From a virus (Duplodnaviria > Caudoviricetes): a stretch of DNA of 64,000 bases. The notes under the pieces were generated by a model that did not search any database, was not told where the DNA came from, and saw only the letters and a list, made by a program, of their open reading frames with translations. Both the position numbers and the translations under genes were made by a program. Positions 9,135 to 18,742 of the stretch are shown here, piece after piece; within the stretch, counting starts at the first letter, position 1; every line of letters starts with the position of its first letter. Location: the IMG/VR virus record IMGVR_UViG_3300033076_001485, positions 1 to 64,000 of that record. One strand, written 5' to 3'.

Positions 9135-11795
9135 ATGGCTTTTGTAGGTAGTCTCTCAGGATCAGGTGGTGCCAGTAACACAATAAATGTTACTGGTTCT
9201 ATGATTATTGCAAATCCGGGAACTGGTGGAGCATTTCCATCATTTCCAGGCACTGATGCAGTTTTTTTCGTCTCTGGTGCACTAGGTGGCAAGGCAGCAG
9301 GATCAAGAACAGTATCAGTTTTTGGCGGAGATGTTGTAGCTAGCGGATCGATAACAGTCGGTACAGGCTCAATCACAATTACTTCAAATGAGATCCAGTT
9401 CTTAGGTGGTATTGCTAAGATCTACAGCGGAACAAGTGGTTTAACATTTGCTGACTCAACTGGCACAAAGACACTTGCGTCACTTGCAACAGGTGGCGGA
9501 GATGTAACAGGACCAGCATCATCAACAGACAATGCGATTGCAAGATTTGATCTTACAACAGGAAAGATTATCCAGAATTCTGATGTAGCAATTGGAGATG
9601 CATCAGGTGGCGCAGTTTCAATAGACGCAGTCACATCAACTACTGTTAATCTTTTCAACACAAATGCAACAACTGCAGTTAATATCGGCGGTCAAGCACC
9701 TGCGGTGAGCATTGGTAAGACAGCAGGAATTGTAACAACAGCAGGAAAGCTTAAAGTTACAGGAAATGAGATCCAGTCTAGCACAGGCGAGCTTGCTTTA
9801 GCATTTACAGGCTCAAACGTCATCATCCCAGGTGATCTCACAGTTCTAGGAACGACAGTTACAGTTGATGCAACGACACTAACGATTGAAGATCCTGTCA
9901 TCGGACTCGGATTTACAAGTGGATCAACAGCTACGACAGCAGGCGATCGCGGATTTATTGGTGGAATGAGTACTGGCGGAAATGTTGCACTATTCTGGGA
10001 TAACACAGATAGCACATTCACAACAGTTAGAACAACAACTAGCGCTGGTAATGACCCAGTTGCAATTACGTCATACACACCATTTAGAGCGTCAAGTTAC
10101 CAAATTGGTGGCACTCCAGGGTCAGCAGTAGCAGCAGGATCAGCATATCTAAGCAGCTCAGATGCGCTAAATGTCCTTGTTAATCATACAGCAACAACAA
10201 CATTTACTAAGTCAGGAACGCCTACAATCCAGATTGGAGACTATCTAGGATCAACCGGAGAAGGTCAAATCAAAGGTGTTACAACAGGAAATGCTCTTGC
10301 ACCACTGTGGCTATCAGGATCGGTAGTCAAGGTTGGCGCAGGATCAATTTCAATTGCAGGTCTTGATGATATTGGTTCTGCAAGAATTACTCCTGTAACA
10401 TCTGGCGGCGGCGTAAGATTTGAAGGAAGAGACGGCGCAGGCATTTCGCTTGACATGGTTGTTTCTGGTAGCAAGACAACAATTGGCGCAAATACAGGCG
10501 TTGTAATCTTTGAAGGCGGTGGTGTCCCATATCTCACAGCTTCAGCAGCTGGCGGTGCAGTTAACCTAACAGCAGGTGCAGGAATTGGTACGGCAAGTGT
10601 ATTCAACTCTGTCTCAACAACAGTCAATTTTGCACAAGCAGCAACAACCATCAATATGGGCAATGTTGCAGGAACAAATAATGTTGCAGGCACAACAAAG
10701 TTCACACAAGGCTTAAGCGGTTCTCTCACTAAGCTCACAGATGGAACAAGCTATCTCATCGCAGGAACAAATATCTCTGTTACAACAGGCTCAAATGGCG
10801 CAGTCACAATTGCATCAATTGGCGGCGGCGATGTCACAGGACCAGGATCATCAACAGATACAGCAATTGCTCGCTTTAATGGGCTGACTGGAAAGATCAT
10901 CCAGAATACAGCCGGAGTAACGATTGATGGTTCAAATAACGTTGTAACATCAGGTTCATTTAGCACTAAAGACGGTGCTGGTACCGTAGTAGCTGTTATC
11001 AAGAACACCGGTGAGATCACTGGATCAAATATGCTGCTAAGCGGTGATCTTGCTGTGAACGGCGGTGATATTACCACAACTGCAACAACATTCAATCTAG
11101 TTACAGGATCTGCAACAACGGTCAATTTTGCACAATCAGCAAATGCTATTAATATAGGAAAATTGTCCGGTGGTGCAGTTGTTACAGTTAGCAGCATTCT
11201 TACCGGTTCAAATCCTGCATTCTTTGGTGATACTGTCTCAATTGGCGGTCCGGGTCAAACTAGCCTTATTACTACACAAACAACAGCTAATTTGTTTGAT
11301 ACAACAGCAACTACATTAAACTTTGCAAGAGCTGCAACAACAATTACAGCTGGAGCATCTGGTGGATCAACAACATTCCAGGGTAATCTAACTGGTTCCA
11401 ATGTTCTAGCCTCCTCACTTACAGTCACTAACGGTGCATCGTTTGGCGGCGGATTCGGCAGCACAGGTGTGTCAATTTCCACTACAGGAAATATCGCAGC
11501 AAATGGCACACTCCTGATCGAAGGTGCAACAACTTTAAGCGGATCAGTCATACTTGGTGATGCAACAGGCGATGATCTCATATTCAATGGTTATGCTGCA
11601 TCAAGCCTCATCCCTAAGACTACAAATTCATTTGACTTAGGAACACCCGACCTGCGTTGGCGAAATATGTACACAGGAGACTTGCACTTAAAGAATGAGC
11701 GCGGTGACTGGACAGTTATTGAAGAAGAAGATTATCTAACTCTTACAAACAATAAGAGCGGTAAGCGTTACAAGTTTGTTCTTGAAGAGATTTAA
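9135..11795 (+). CDS. Fibre-like virion protein 2
   Basis: G/S/T/A-rich; duplicated GGGDVTGPxSSTDxAIARFxxxTGKIIQN module; GDLTVLGTTVTVDATTLTIEDP module; same C-terminal YTGDLHLKN...GKRYKFVLE domain as fibre 1. Confidence 0.75.
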   Translation: MAFVGSLSGSGGASNTINVTGSMIIANPGTGGAFPSFPGTDAVFFVSGALGGKAAGSRTVSVFGGDVVASGSITVGTGSITITSNEIQFLGGIAKIYSGTSGLTFADSTGTKTLASLATGGGDVTGPASSTDNAIARFDLTTGKIIQNSDVAIGDASGGAVSIDAVTSTTVNLFNTNATTAVNIGGQAPAVSIGKTAGIVTTAGKLKVTGNEIQSSTGELALAFTGSNVIIPGDLTVLGTTVTVDATTLTIEDPVIGLGFTSGSTATTAGDRGFIGGMSTGGNVALFWDNTDSTFTTVRTTTSAGNDPVAITSYTPFRASSYQIGGTPGSAVAAGSAYLSSSDALNVLVNHTATTTFTKSGTPTIQIGDYLGSTGEGQIKGVTTGNALAPLWLSGSVVKVGAGSISIAGLDDIGSARITPVTSGGGVRFEGRDGAGISLDMVVSGSKTTIGANTGVVIFEGGGVPYLTASAAGGAVNLTAGAGIGTASVFNSVSTTVNFAQAATTINMGNVAGTNNVAGTTKFTQGLSGSLTKLTDGTSYLIAGTNISVTTGSNGAVTIASIGGGDVTGPGSSTDTAIARFNGLTGKIIQNTAGVTIDGSNNVVTSGSFSTKDGAGTVVAVIKNTGEITGSNMLLSGDLAVNGGDITTTATTFNLVTGSATTVNFAQSANAINIGKLSGGAVVTVSSILTGSNPAFFGDTVSIGGPGQTSLITTQTTANLFDTTATTLNFARAATTITAGASGGSTTFQGNLTGSNVLASSLTVTNGASFGGGFGSTGVSISTTGNIAANGTLLIEGATTLSGSVILGDATGDDLIFNGYAASSLIPKTTNSFDLGTPDLRWRNMYTGDLHLKNERGDWTVIEEEDYLTLTNNKSGKRYKFVLEEI
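9492..10910 (+). repeat. Two ~90-bp intragenic direct repeats (about 9492-9580 and 10821-10910)
   Basis: They encode GGGDVTGPASSTDNAIARFDLTTGKIIQNS and GGGDVTGPGSSTDTAIARFNGLTGKIIQNT. Confidence 0.8.
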
Positions 11796-11829
11796 AAAGA
11801 TTTTTAGGAATTTAGTTTAAGACAAACGT

Positions 11830-11865
11830 AATATCACTCCCATCTTCACCGTTGGGAGTGATATT
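11830..11865. repeat. Perfect 13-bp inverted repeat (possible terminator or operator)
   Basis: AATATCACTCCCA (11830-11842), 10-nt loop, TGGGAGTGATATT (11853-11865), followed by TATTT. Confidence 0.75.
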
Positions 11866-11867
11866 TA
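11861..11867 (+). promoter_or_regulatory. Candidate late promoter ATATTTA
   Basis: Intergenic, 16 nt before ATG 11884; overlaps the right arm of the inverted repeat. Confidence 0.5.
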
Positions 11868-11883
11868 TTTCAGAGAGTGTAAA

Positions 11884-14800
11884 ATGGCCCTTATAGGAAC
11901 AATTTCGGGAAGTGTCGGCACAGGAGGATCTTTAGTATCTTCTACGGCAATATCAGGTACCCTTATCATCGCAGATGCACCACCATCGAGCTTTCCAACT
12001 CTAGCATCTGGTGTCAAACTTTTCGTTTCAGGCGCAAAGAGTGCTATCGGTGCTGACGCTCCTGCCGCAATCTTTGGTGGTGACACATTTATCTCTGGAG
12101 CATTTGGTACCGACAGCTACATCCAGATGAAGCCCGTCAACACACTCCGGGTCCCGACGAACACGACTGCAAGCTACATCTACACCTCCGGAAGTACGAA
12201 TGACATGTACTTCACACAGTACGCAGGACCCTACACGAACACGACACGACTCCGTTGGCTGGAGTCTGTGGTCGGAACAGGTCTCCTTACCGGCGGTGTT
12301 CTCAGCACAGCACCAGGTTCTACTACGTTCAGTATGACTGCCGGTGAGGGTCTGGTCGTCACGCAGAACGCCTCCACATCTGAAGCTCCGTATCCGACGA
12401 TCTATCACGCCGTCTGGAATAGCGTTGTAAGCCGCTCCTTGGACTACATTAGCACTGCGCAGATCACCTACATCGGAATCGACGGATCTAGCCAGATCGT
12501 CCAGAGGACTACGCCCATCAGCCTCACCGAGGACTCGGCAATCATCCCGGTCGGAAGAATCCTCCACACCACGGGCTCCGTCACCTCTGCCGCCGTCATG
12601 AACCCGACGGTCTCATACGGTGCCTTCCAGTACCTCAATGACTTCGCAAGGGCAATCGGTCCCCTGAAGGTCACCGGTCACGTCCTCGCAGCATCTGGCT
12701 CAACTTTGGGCATCACGAGATCTGCGGGATCATCGTTCGTCCTTGGAAAGAACTACACACTCGATCCCAACAACCCGAACATTATCCCAGCCTCCAGCGA
12801 TCCTGCCACAGTCACCAGCAAGGTCTGGCGCCAGTACATCAACTCTTCAGGAAATCTCGTCATCGACTCTGGTGTCGGTGGCGCAGGTTACGTGGGAATC
12901 GATCCGAACAACTACGTCAATGCTGGTGTCCTGACTGCCGTCCCACCCAACAAGTACACTATCCAGCGTGCCTTCTGGTTCCCGAACTCGGTGACCAACG
13001 CTGTCAACGTTTGCTACGGTAGCACGATCTACAACTCCCTCAGCGCTGCTGTTTCTGCTGTTTCCACAGAATCATTCACGGAGGGTGCCAACACTCAGGA
13101 TGCCGCGATCTTCCTCGGTTACATCTGTGTGAAGGCGGGCACCACAGACCTCTCTAACACCTCGGACGCTGCTTTCATCCAGTCGGGCATCTTCAGGAAT
13201 GTGTCAGGTGGAGGAGGAGGCGGTGGGTCGACAGTTCCAGGAGATGGAGACACTTCTGTACAATTTAATGATGGCGGGTTCTTCAATGGAACGCAAGATT
13301 TTAGGTTTCTGAAGAGCACAGCTACAGCAATCGTCGGAAACATGGTCGTCACCGGGACGAACACATCGATGGTGAGCTCCGGTTCCATCCAGGTGAAGGA
13401 TGTCACAGGTAACGTTGTTGTCAACCTCACGAATACAGGAAACGTCACGGGTTCGAACCTTCTCCTGACCAGCGGATTCGTCGTCACCGGTAGCGGGATC
13501 ATCGAGTCGAACACATCAACATCGGCCCTCAGAGTGACGCAGCAAGGAACTGGAAATGCGATCCTGGTCGAGGATAGCGTGAATCCCGACTCGACACCGT
13601 TTGTGGTCGCTGCAGACGGAAAGGTTGGAATCGGTACGCTGGCATCATCCGCGAACCTCTTTGTGTCTGGTACCGATCCAAACATACCTGCTTTTGTCGC
13701 GAAAGGTGCCGACGTTACGGTGAACACGCTCACCGTTACAGGATCGGCCGGTGCCTCCACAGCGGTTGGTTTCGTCAACATCGATCAGGGTAACTACTCG
13801 AATAAGTACGGCCTCATGATCACGAACATCGGCGCCGGAACTGCGGGTCTTAAGCTTCGAGCTAATACAACTGGAGGCAGCTTCGCGATCGACAATATGA
13901 ACACGACGCCACAGATCACGATGACTCACAAGAACCTCTGGTTCAGATCTGACTCTACAGCAGCCGATACTTCACAGGTCACTTACAAGTTCATCGAGAA
14001 TAATAAAGTTGCAACATACCCGAACCAGAAAACTTTCCTCATCAGCGGTGAAATAACTGGACCTACGACCGGTAGTTACTTCGAGGTTGAGAAATCTGGA
14101 AGTGCAGGGTCTATCAAGCTTTTGGAGCTGCAGGGAGACACGACCGACAACGCGCTGTACGTCTCGGGTGCAATTCTAGCAACAGGAAGCATCTTTACCG
14201 CCGGAGATCTTGCTGTAAACGGCGGTGACATCACAACCACGTCGACGACTTTCAACCTGATCACAGGCTCGGCAACAACAGTCAATTTCGCCCAGACTGC
14301 GAATAGTCTGAACATTGGAAAGCTGACGGGTAATGTTGTCATTTCGAGCACAATCACAGGCTCATCTCCCGCCTTGTTCGGGGACACAGTCACTATCGGC
14401 GGCCCATCGCAGTCAACCCTCAACTCATCCCAGACGACTGCGAACATATTCAACACCACGGCCACAACAGTCAACATGGGTGGCGCAGCAACGACTATCA
14501 ACCTGGGGTCATCTCTAGGTCGAACGTTCATGAACGGAAATGCTTCTATCTCTGGAAGCCTTACGGTGACCGGCAGTGTCGCGGTCAACGGAGGTAATAT
14601 CACCTCTACAGCAGCATCGTTCAACATTGCAAACACGACACCGACAACAGTTACGATCGGAGATAATGCAGCGAACTTATATCTCGGTAAATCAGGTACG
14701 AACAGAGTTTTCATCCAAGGAAATCTTTTACTGAATAATAATGAGATTCAAGCATCTGGAGGTGGAACAGCACTAACATTCCCCGCAGGAAACACAAGTG

Positions 14801-15585
14801 CACTGTTTGCTGCAAATGTTACTGTGACAGGAGATGTTGCAGTCAACGGCGGAGATTTAACGACAACGTCAACATCTTTCAATCTTCTCAATGGAACTGC
14901 GACCTCTATAGCATTCGGAGGTGCAGCCGCCTCCATGAAGATTGCATCGGGCAGCGGGACAAACGTCGAGATAGGATCCTCATCAGGAAGAACTACCATC
15001 TACAACGATCTTGTTCTGGGAACAGGTAACATTCTCGTGACTAACGATGCTACTCCGATGTCGCTTATTTCAAGTGGAAATGTTGTCGCGAAGCTTGACG
15101 TCAATAACAACGGTACAGGACACAGGTTCGACATACAGGATTGGCGTGGAATCAGCCAGTTCTTCGTGGGCGAAGACGGTAATGCCGAGCTTTCTGGAAG
15201 TCTTGTCGTCAGCGGTACTACTAACATAGGGACGACCGTAGAACGCCTGTTAACAACCGTAAGCTCAACAGGCACTGTCACTTTTGATACAACATTCAGC
15301 AGCATCTTTTATGTCAACGGACCCGCAGGTGATATAACTGCTAACTTTACGAACGTGCCGACTACAAGTAATAACAGAGTAATTACACCTACGGTAATTC
15401 TGTCACAGAGCGCAACACCGCGAGTTATTAATGCCGTCCAAGTAAACAGTGCAGCGACCCCCATACTTTGGGCAAATAAGTTGACACCTGTCGGTACTGC
15501 AAATCAACAAGATGTGTATGGATTCAGTTTAATTCGTTCTGGTTCGATCTGGACAGTACTCGGCCAGATGAGTACTTACGGATGA
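11884..15585 (+). CDS. Long mosaic fibre / receptor-binding-type protein 3
   Basis: 1233 aa, G/S/T-rich; repeated GDxAVNGGDxTTT modules shared with fibre 2; SVQFNDGG module; C-terminal DVYGFSLIRSGSIWTVLG beta domain. Confidence 0.75.
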   Translation: MALIGTISGSVGTGGSLVSSTAISGTLIIADAPPSSFPTLASGVKLFVSGAKSAIGADAPAAIFGGDTFISGAFGTDSYIQMKPVNTLRVPTNTTASYIYTSGSTNDMYFTQYAGPYTNTTRLRWLESVVGTGLLTGGVLSTAPGSTTFSMTAGEGLVVTQNASTSEAPYPTIYHAVWNSVVSRSLDYISTAQITYIGIDGSSQIVQRTTPISLTEDSAIIPVGRILHTTGSVTSAAVMNPTVSYGAFQYLNDFARAIGPLKVTGHVLAASGSTLGITRSAGSSFVLGKNYTLDPNNPNIIPASSDPATVTSKVWRQYINSSGNLVIDSGVGGAGYVGIDPNNYVNAGVLTAVPPNKYTIQRAFWFPNSVTNAVNVCYGSTIYNSLSAAVSAVSTESFTEGANTQDAAIFLGYICVKAGTTDLSNTSDAAFIQSGIFRNVSGGGGGGGSTVPGDGDTSVQFNDGGFFNGTQDFRFLKSTATAIVGNMVVTGTNTSMVSSGSIQVKDVTGNVVVNLTNTGNVTGSNLLLTSGFVVTGSGIIESNTSTSALRVTQQGTGNAILVEDSVNPDSTPFVVAADGKVGIGTLASSANLFVSGTDPNIPAFVAKGADVTVNTLTVTGSAGASTAVGFVNIDQGNYSNKYGLMITNIGAGTAGLKLRANTTGGSFAIDNMNTTPQITMTHKNLWFRSDSTAADTSQVTYKFIENNKVATYPNQKTFLISGEITGPTTGSYFEVEKSGSAGSIKLLELQGDTTDNALYVSGAILATGSIFTAGDLAVNGGDITTTSTTFNLITGSATTVNFAQTANSLNIGKLTGNVVISSTITGSSPALFGDTVTIGGPSQSTLNSSQTTANIFNTTATTVNMGGAATTINLGSSLGRTFMNGNASISGSLTVTGSVAVNGGNITSTAASFNIANTTPTTVTIGDNAANLYLGKSGTNRVFIQGNLLLNNNEIQASGGGTALTFPAGNTSALFAANVTVTGDVAVNGGDLTTTSTSFNLLNGTATSIAFGGAAASMKIASGSGTNVEIGSSSGRTTIYNDLVLGTGNILVTNDATPMSLISSGNVVAKLDVNNNGTGHRFDIQDWRGISQFFVGEDGNAELSGSLVVSGTTNIGTTVERLLTTVSSTGTVTFDTTFSSIFYVNGPAGDITANFTNVPTTSNNRVITPTVILSQSATPRVINAVQVNSAATPILWANKLTPVGTANQQDVYGFSLIRSGSIWTVLGQMSTYG

Positions 15586-15589
15586 TAAA

Positions 15590-16642
15590 ATGCTAAGTAG
15601 AACTTCTTCATTTGCAGGCTCCCTTGCACCACGTAACGTGACCAACCAAACATTTCGATACTACAGATTTTCTGTCACAAAGGTCCGTGATAGTACAGCT
15701 GACGGTCCTAATTGGCCAGTTGGAATGATGCAGATGACTGAGTTCATTCTCACATTCATGGGAACAAGGGTTGATTACACGGGCGCCACGGCCACAAACC
15801 CGAACGGCTACAATCCTTCTGGACAGGGACCAAGCTCCGGGATCGACAACAACACATCAACTGTTTTTCTTGATCAATCAGGTAATGGTACGGTTTTAGG
15901 TGCGCCCACGGGCGCAATAAAATCCTGGGTTCTCAAGATTGATTTCGGGTCAAGACGTACTGTCGATGGATTTAGGTATACAACTGGAGCCGATGTCCAG
16001 GGCAGAGATCCTGTTCAGTGGGTCCTTGAAGGTAGCAATGATGATTCTTCATGGTCAACTATACATGTCCAGTCATCTGATGCATCAATTACAACTAGTA
16101 GAACTACACAGACACAAATTTTCTACATCACACGAGGACTTAAACCGTATATCGCTGGTCTCTTTAGGTCAACATACACAGGTTACATGGGTTCTCTTAC
16201 AGATGCAAATGATAATGTTAACTTTTTTGACGGAGCGACACCTATAGCCACAGATGTTCAGACTACTGTCATCCAGGATCCCGCAACTGATGATGGAACC
16301 GACTTTAGTCGTCAATGGTTAGGCTATTTTGTCCCGACAACAACAGAGACCTACACATTCTATTTGAAGTCTGACGATTGCTCTTGGATGTGGATAGGCA
16401 GTAACGCTGTCTCAGGTTACACACGCGCAAATGCCACGGTAAACAATGGTGGGCTCCACGGATTTGTCGAGACTTCGGGAACAGCGGCTCTTACAGCAGG
16501 TGTCTACTATCCCATCAGGATCCAATACGGAGAGCATCAGGTTGCTGACCAGATGGACTTCAACTACTCAACTGCGACAATCACGAAGACCACAGACGTC
16601 ACGGGTAAGGTCTTCTATCACCCAGCGACAAAGGGATTCTAA
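15590..16642 (+). CDS. Discoidin/F5-8-like plus PA14/GLEYA carbohydrate-binding virion protein
   Basis: FRYYRF...RDPVQWVLEGSNDDSSWS (discoidin-like) and WLGYFVPTTTETYTFYLKSDDCSWMWI...LTAGVYYPIRIQYGE (PA14). Confidence 0.75.
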   Translation: MLSRTSSFAGSLAPRNVTNQTFRYYRFSVTKVRDSTADGPNWPVGMMQMTEFILTFMGTRVDYTGATATNPNGYNPSGQGPSSGIDNNTSTVFLDQSGNGTVLGAPTGAIKSWVLKIDFGSRRTVDGFRYTTGADVQGRDPVQWVLEGSNDDSSWSTIHVQSSDASITTSRTTQTQIFYITRGLKPYIAGLFRSTYTGYMGSLTDANDNVNFFDGATPIATDVQTTVIQDPATDDGTDFSRQWLGYFVPTTTETYTFYLKSDDCSWMWIGSNAVSGYTRANATVNNGGLHGFVETSGTAALTAGVYYPIRIQYGEHQVADQMDFNYSTATITKTTDVTGKVFYHPATKGF

Positions 16643-16843
16643 ATGATCAAAGAGCTTCTAAAGGACGAAGAAGGCCAGTCCACTGTCGAGTACATGCTGC
16701 TGATCAGCGTCATTGTCATCGCCATCGTGGCTGCTGCCTACGTGTTCATCGAGCCCTTCAAGCAGGGCGTCCAGGACCTCGGGAAGGACGTGAAGAAGAT
16801 CCTCTCTGATGGTAAGATAGGAAGAGTAGGAACGACACGTTAA
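16643..16843 (+). CDS. Flp/Tad-type pilin-like protein with class III signal peptide
   Basis: KDEEG|QSTVEY (Glu+5, Tyr+6) followed by the hydrophobic helix MLLISVIVIAIVAAAYVFI and an amphipathic tail; 66 aa. Confidence 0.85.
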   Translation: MIKELLKDEEGQSTVEYMLLISVIVIAIVAAAYVFIEPFKQGVQDLGKDVKKILSDGKIGRVGTTR

Positions 16844-16873
16844 CTGTTTAATGCACAGAATTAAAATCTGTGT

Positions 16874-18742
16874 ATGAACAAACAAATTATCTTCGTTGCT
16901 GATCTTTTTGCTGAGCAGTATGCCGGTGGTGCAGAATTAACTTCTGAGGCACTGATTGAATCTTCTCCTGATCTTGTCAAGAAAGTTCATGCCAGAAATC
17001 TAACAATTGAATTTTTGCAAGAAAATGCAGATGCATTCTGGATTTTTGGAAATTTCTCAACAATTAATTGGTCACTAATACCAGTTATTGCGTCAAATCT
17101 TCGGTATGCTGTTCTTGAATATGATTATAAATTTTGTCTACATAGATCAATAGAGAAACACTTACACGAAACCGGGCAGGAATGCGATTGTCATAAAAGA
17201 CAATTAGGACAACTTGTTTCTGGATTTTATCAAGCAGCAGATGCAATTTTCTGGATGTCTGATGCACAACGTCTTCGGTATATTGAAAGATTTCCATCAT
17301 TACTAAATCATCGAAATTCAATTGTTTTAAGCTCTGTGTTCGACCAGCAATTCTTTAATAAAATTGACGCAGTTAAAGAAGAAAATAATGAGAGAACGGA
17401 CTGGGTTGTTCTAGGCTCACAGTCATGGATCAAAGGATTTGATGCCGCAGTTAAATGGTGTGAGGACAATGGTAAGAAATTCCAAAGTTACTGGGATGTG
17501 CCTTATGATGAGATGTTAAATACATTTGCAAGATCTGCGGGCTTTGTTTATCTTCCAAAAGGTGGGGATACATGCCCAAGGATGGTTATTGAAGCAAAAC
17601 TTTTGGGTTGCGAAGTCGTCACAAACGAAAATGTCCAGCATACCTCCGAAAAATGGTGGCAGGGAACACCAGACGAGGTCTGTGATTACTTGAAGGGACG
17701 TCCTGATGTGTTCTGGGACACAATAAATCGTGTGATCCAGCAGCAACCGACGCTGTCTGGTTACAGTACGACTTATAATTGTGTCGAACAAGAATATCCA
17801 TTTGTTGAATCAATTTGCTCATTACTTGATGTCTGTGATGAAGTAGTCGTTGTTGATGGTGGATCTTCTGACGGTACTTGGGATGTATTAACTGAGATGG
17901 CAGCAGACAACCCTAAATTAAAAATTAAGCAGATTGAGCGTGATTGGAATCACCCACGGCATGCTGTATTTGATGGTATGCAAAAAGCTGCTGCAAGAGA
18001 TCTTTGCACAGGTGACTTTTGCTGGCAGCAAGATGTGGATGAAATCATCCACGAAAATGATTACCAGAAGATTAGAAATTTACTTACAACAATTCCAAAA
18101 AGTGTCAATTTAGTTGCCCTACCCGTCACAGAATTCTGGGGTAATAAGGGAAAAATTAGAATTGATATTAATCCATGGAAGTGGCGTCTAAGCAGAAATC
18201 ACCCGTCGATTACACATGGAATACCTGCAAATCTTCGTCGACAAGATGAAAATGGAGACACTTACTCTCTACAGGGATCAGATGGATGTGACTATGTGAC
18301 AAGAGAAACAGGTGAATTTGTGCCATTTGTTAATTTTCATAATCAACAAACAGAGCAATTGCGCCAAATGTCAATGAGAGATCCTGCCGCAAGAAACCAG
18401 TATGTGAGCTGGCTTAGTTCTGTTACACAAAATTTACCAGGTGTTTACCACTATTCATGGTTTAATCTTCCTCGCAAGATTAAGACTTACAAAAATTATT
18501 GGACAAGGCACTGGCAAAGCATGTACAATATTAATCAAGAAGATACACCAGAAAATAATATGTTTTTTGATAAAAAATGGTCTGATGTATCTGATCAAGA
18601 AATTGATGAAATTTCATCTCGTCTAGAGCGAGAAATGGGTGGTTGGATCTTTCATAGAAAGATTGATTGGAACAATCCCACACCAAGTGTTACAATTGAG
18701 AATATAACTCATCCTGAGATTATGAGAGATTTCATTTTATGA
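16874..18742 (+). CDS. Two-domain glycosyltransferase (GT-B-like N-terminus, GT2/GT-A C-terminus)
   Basis: N-terminal half has FVYLPKGGDTCPRMVIEAKLLGC; C-terminal half has DEVVVVDGGSSDGT and QQDVDE. Confidence 0.8.
   Translation: MNKQIIFVADLFAEQYAGGAELTSEALIESSPDLVKKVHARNLTIEFLQENADAFWIFGNFSTINWSLIPVIASNLRYAVLEYDYKFCLHRSIEKHLHETGQECDCHKRQLGQLVSGFYQAADAIFWMSDAQRLRYIERFPSLLNHRNSIVLSSVFDQQFFNKIDAVKEENNERTDWVVLGSQSWIKGFDAAVKWCEDNGKKFQSYWDVPYDEMLNTFARSAGFVYLPKGGDTCPRMVIEAKLLGCEVVTNENVQHTSEKWWQGTPDEVCDYLKGRPDVFWDTINRVIQQQPTLSGYSTTYNCVEQEYPFVESICSLLDVCDEVVVVDGGSSDGTWDVLTEMAADNPKLKIKQIERDWNHPRHAVFDGMQKAAARDLCTGDFCWQQDVDEIIHENDYQKIRNLLTTIPKSVNLVALPVTEFWGNKGKIRIDINPWKWRLSRNHPSITHGIPANLRRQDENGDTYSLQGSDGCDYVTRETGEFVPFVNFHNQQTEQLRQMSMRDPAARNQYVSWLSSVTQNLPGVYHYSWFNLPRKIKTYKNYWTRHWQSMYNINQEDTPENNMFFDKKWSDVSDQEIDEISSRLEREMGGWIFHRKIDWNNPTPSVTIENITHPEIMRDFIL

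Noticed and set aside
8941-11790. Similar 3' ends of fibres 1 and 2 as a possible DGR template/variable repeat pair
   Set aside because: Both copies are coding, differences are largely synonymous and not adenine-specific, and there is no reverse transcriptase in the window.
7623-15305. Many 60-220 aa minus-strand ORFs opposite the fibre genes
   Set aside because: Antisense shadows of Thr/Gly/Ser/Ala-rich coding sequence; no RBS or recognisable motifs.
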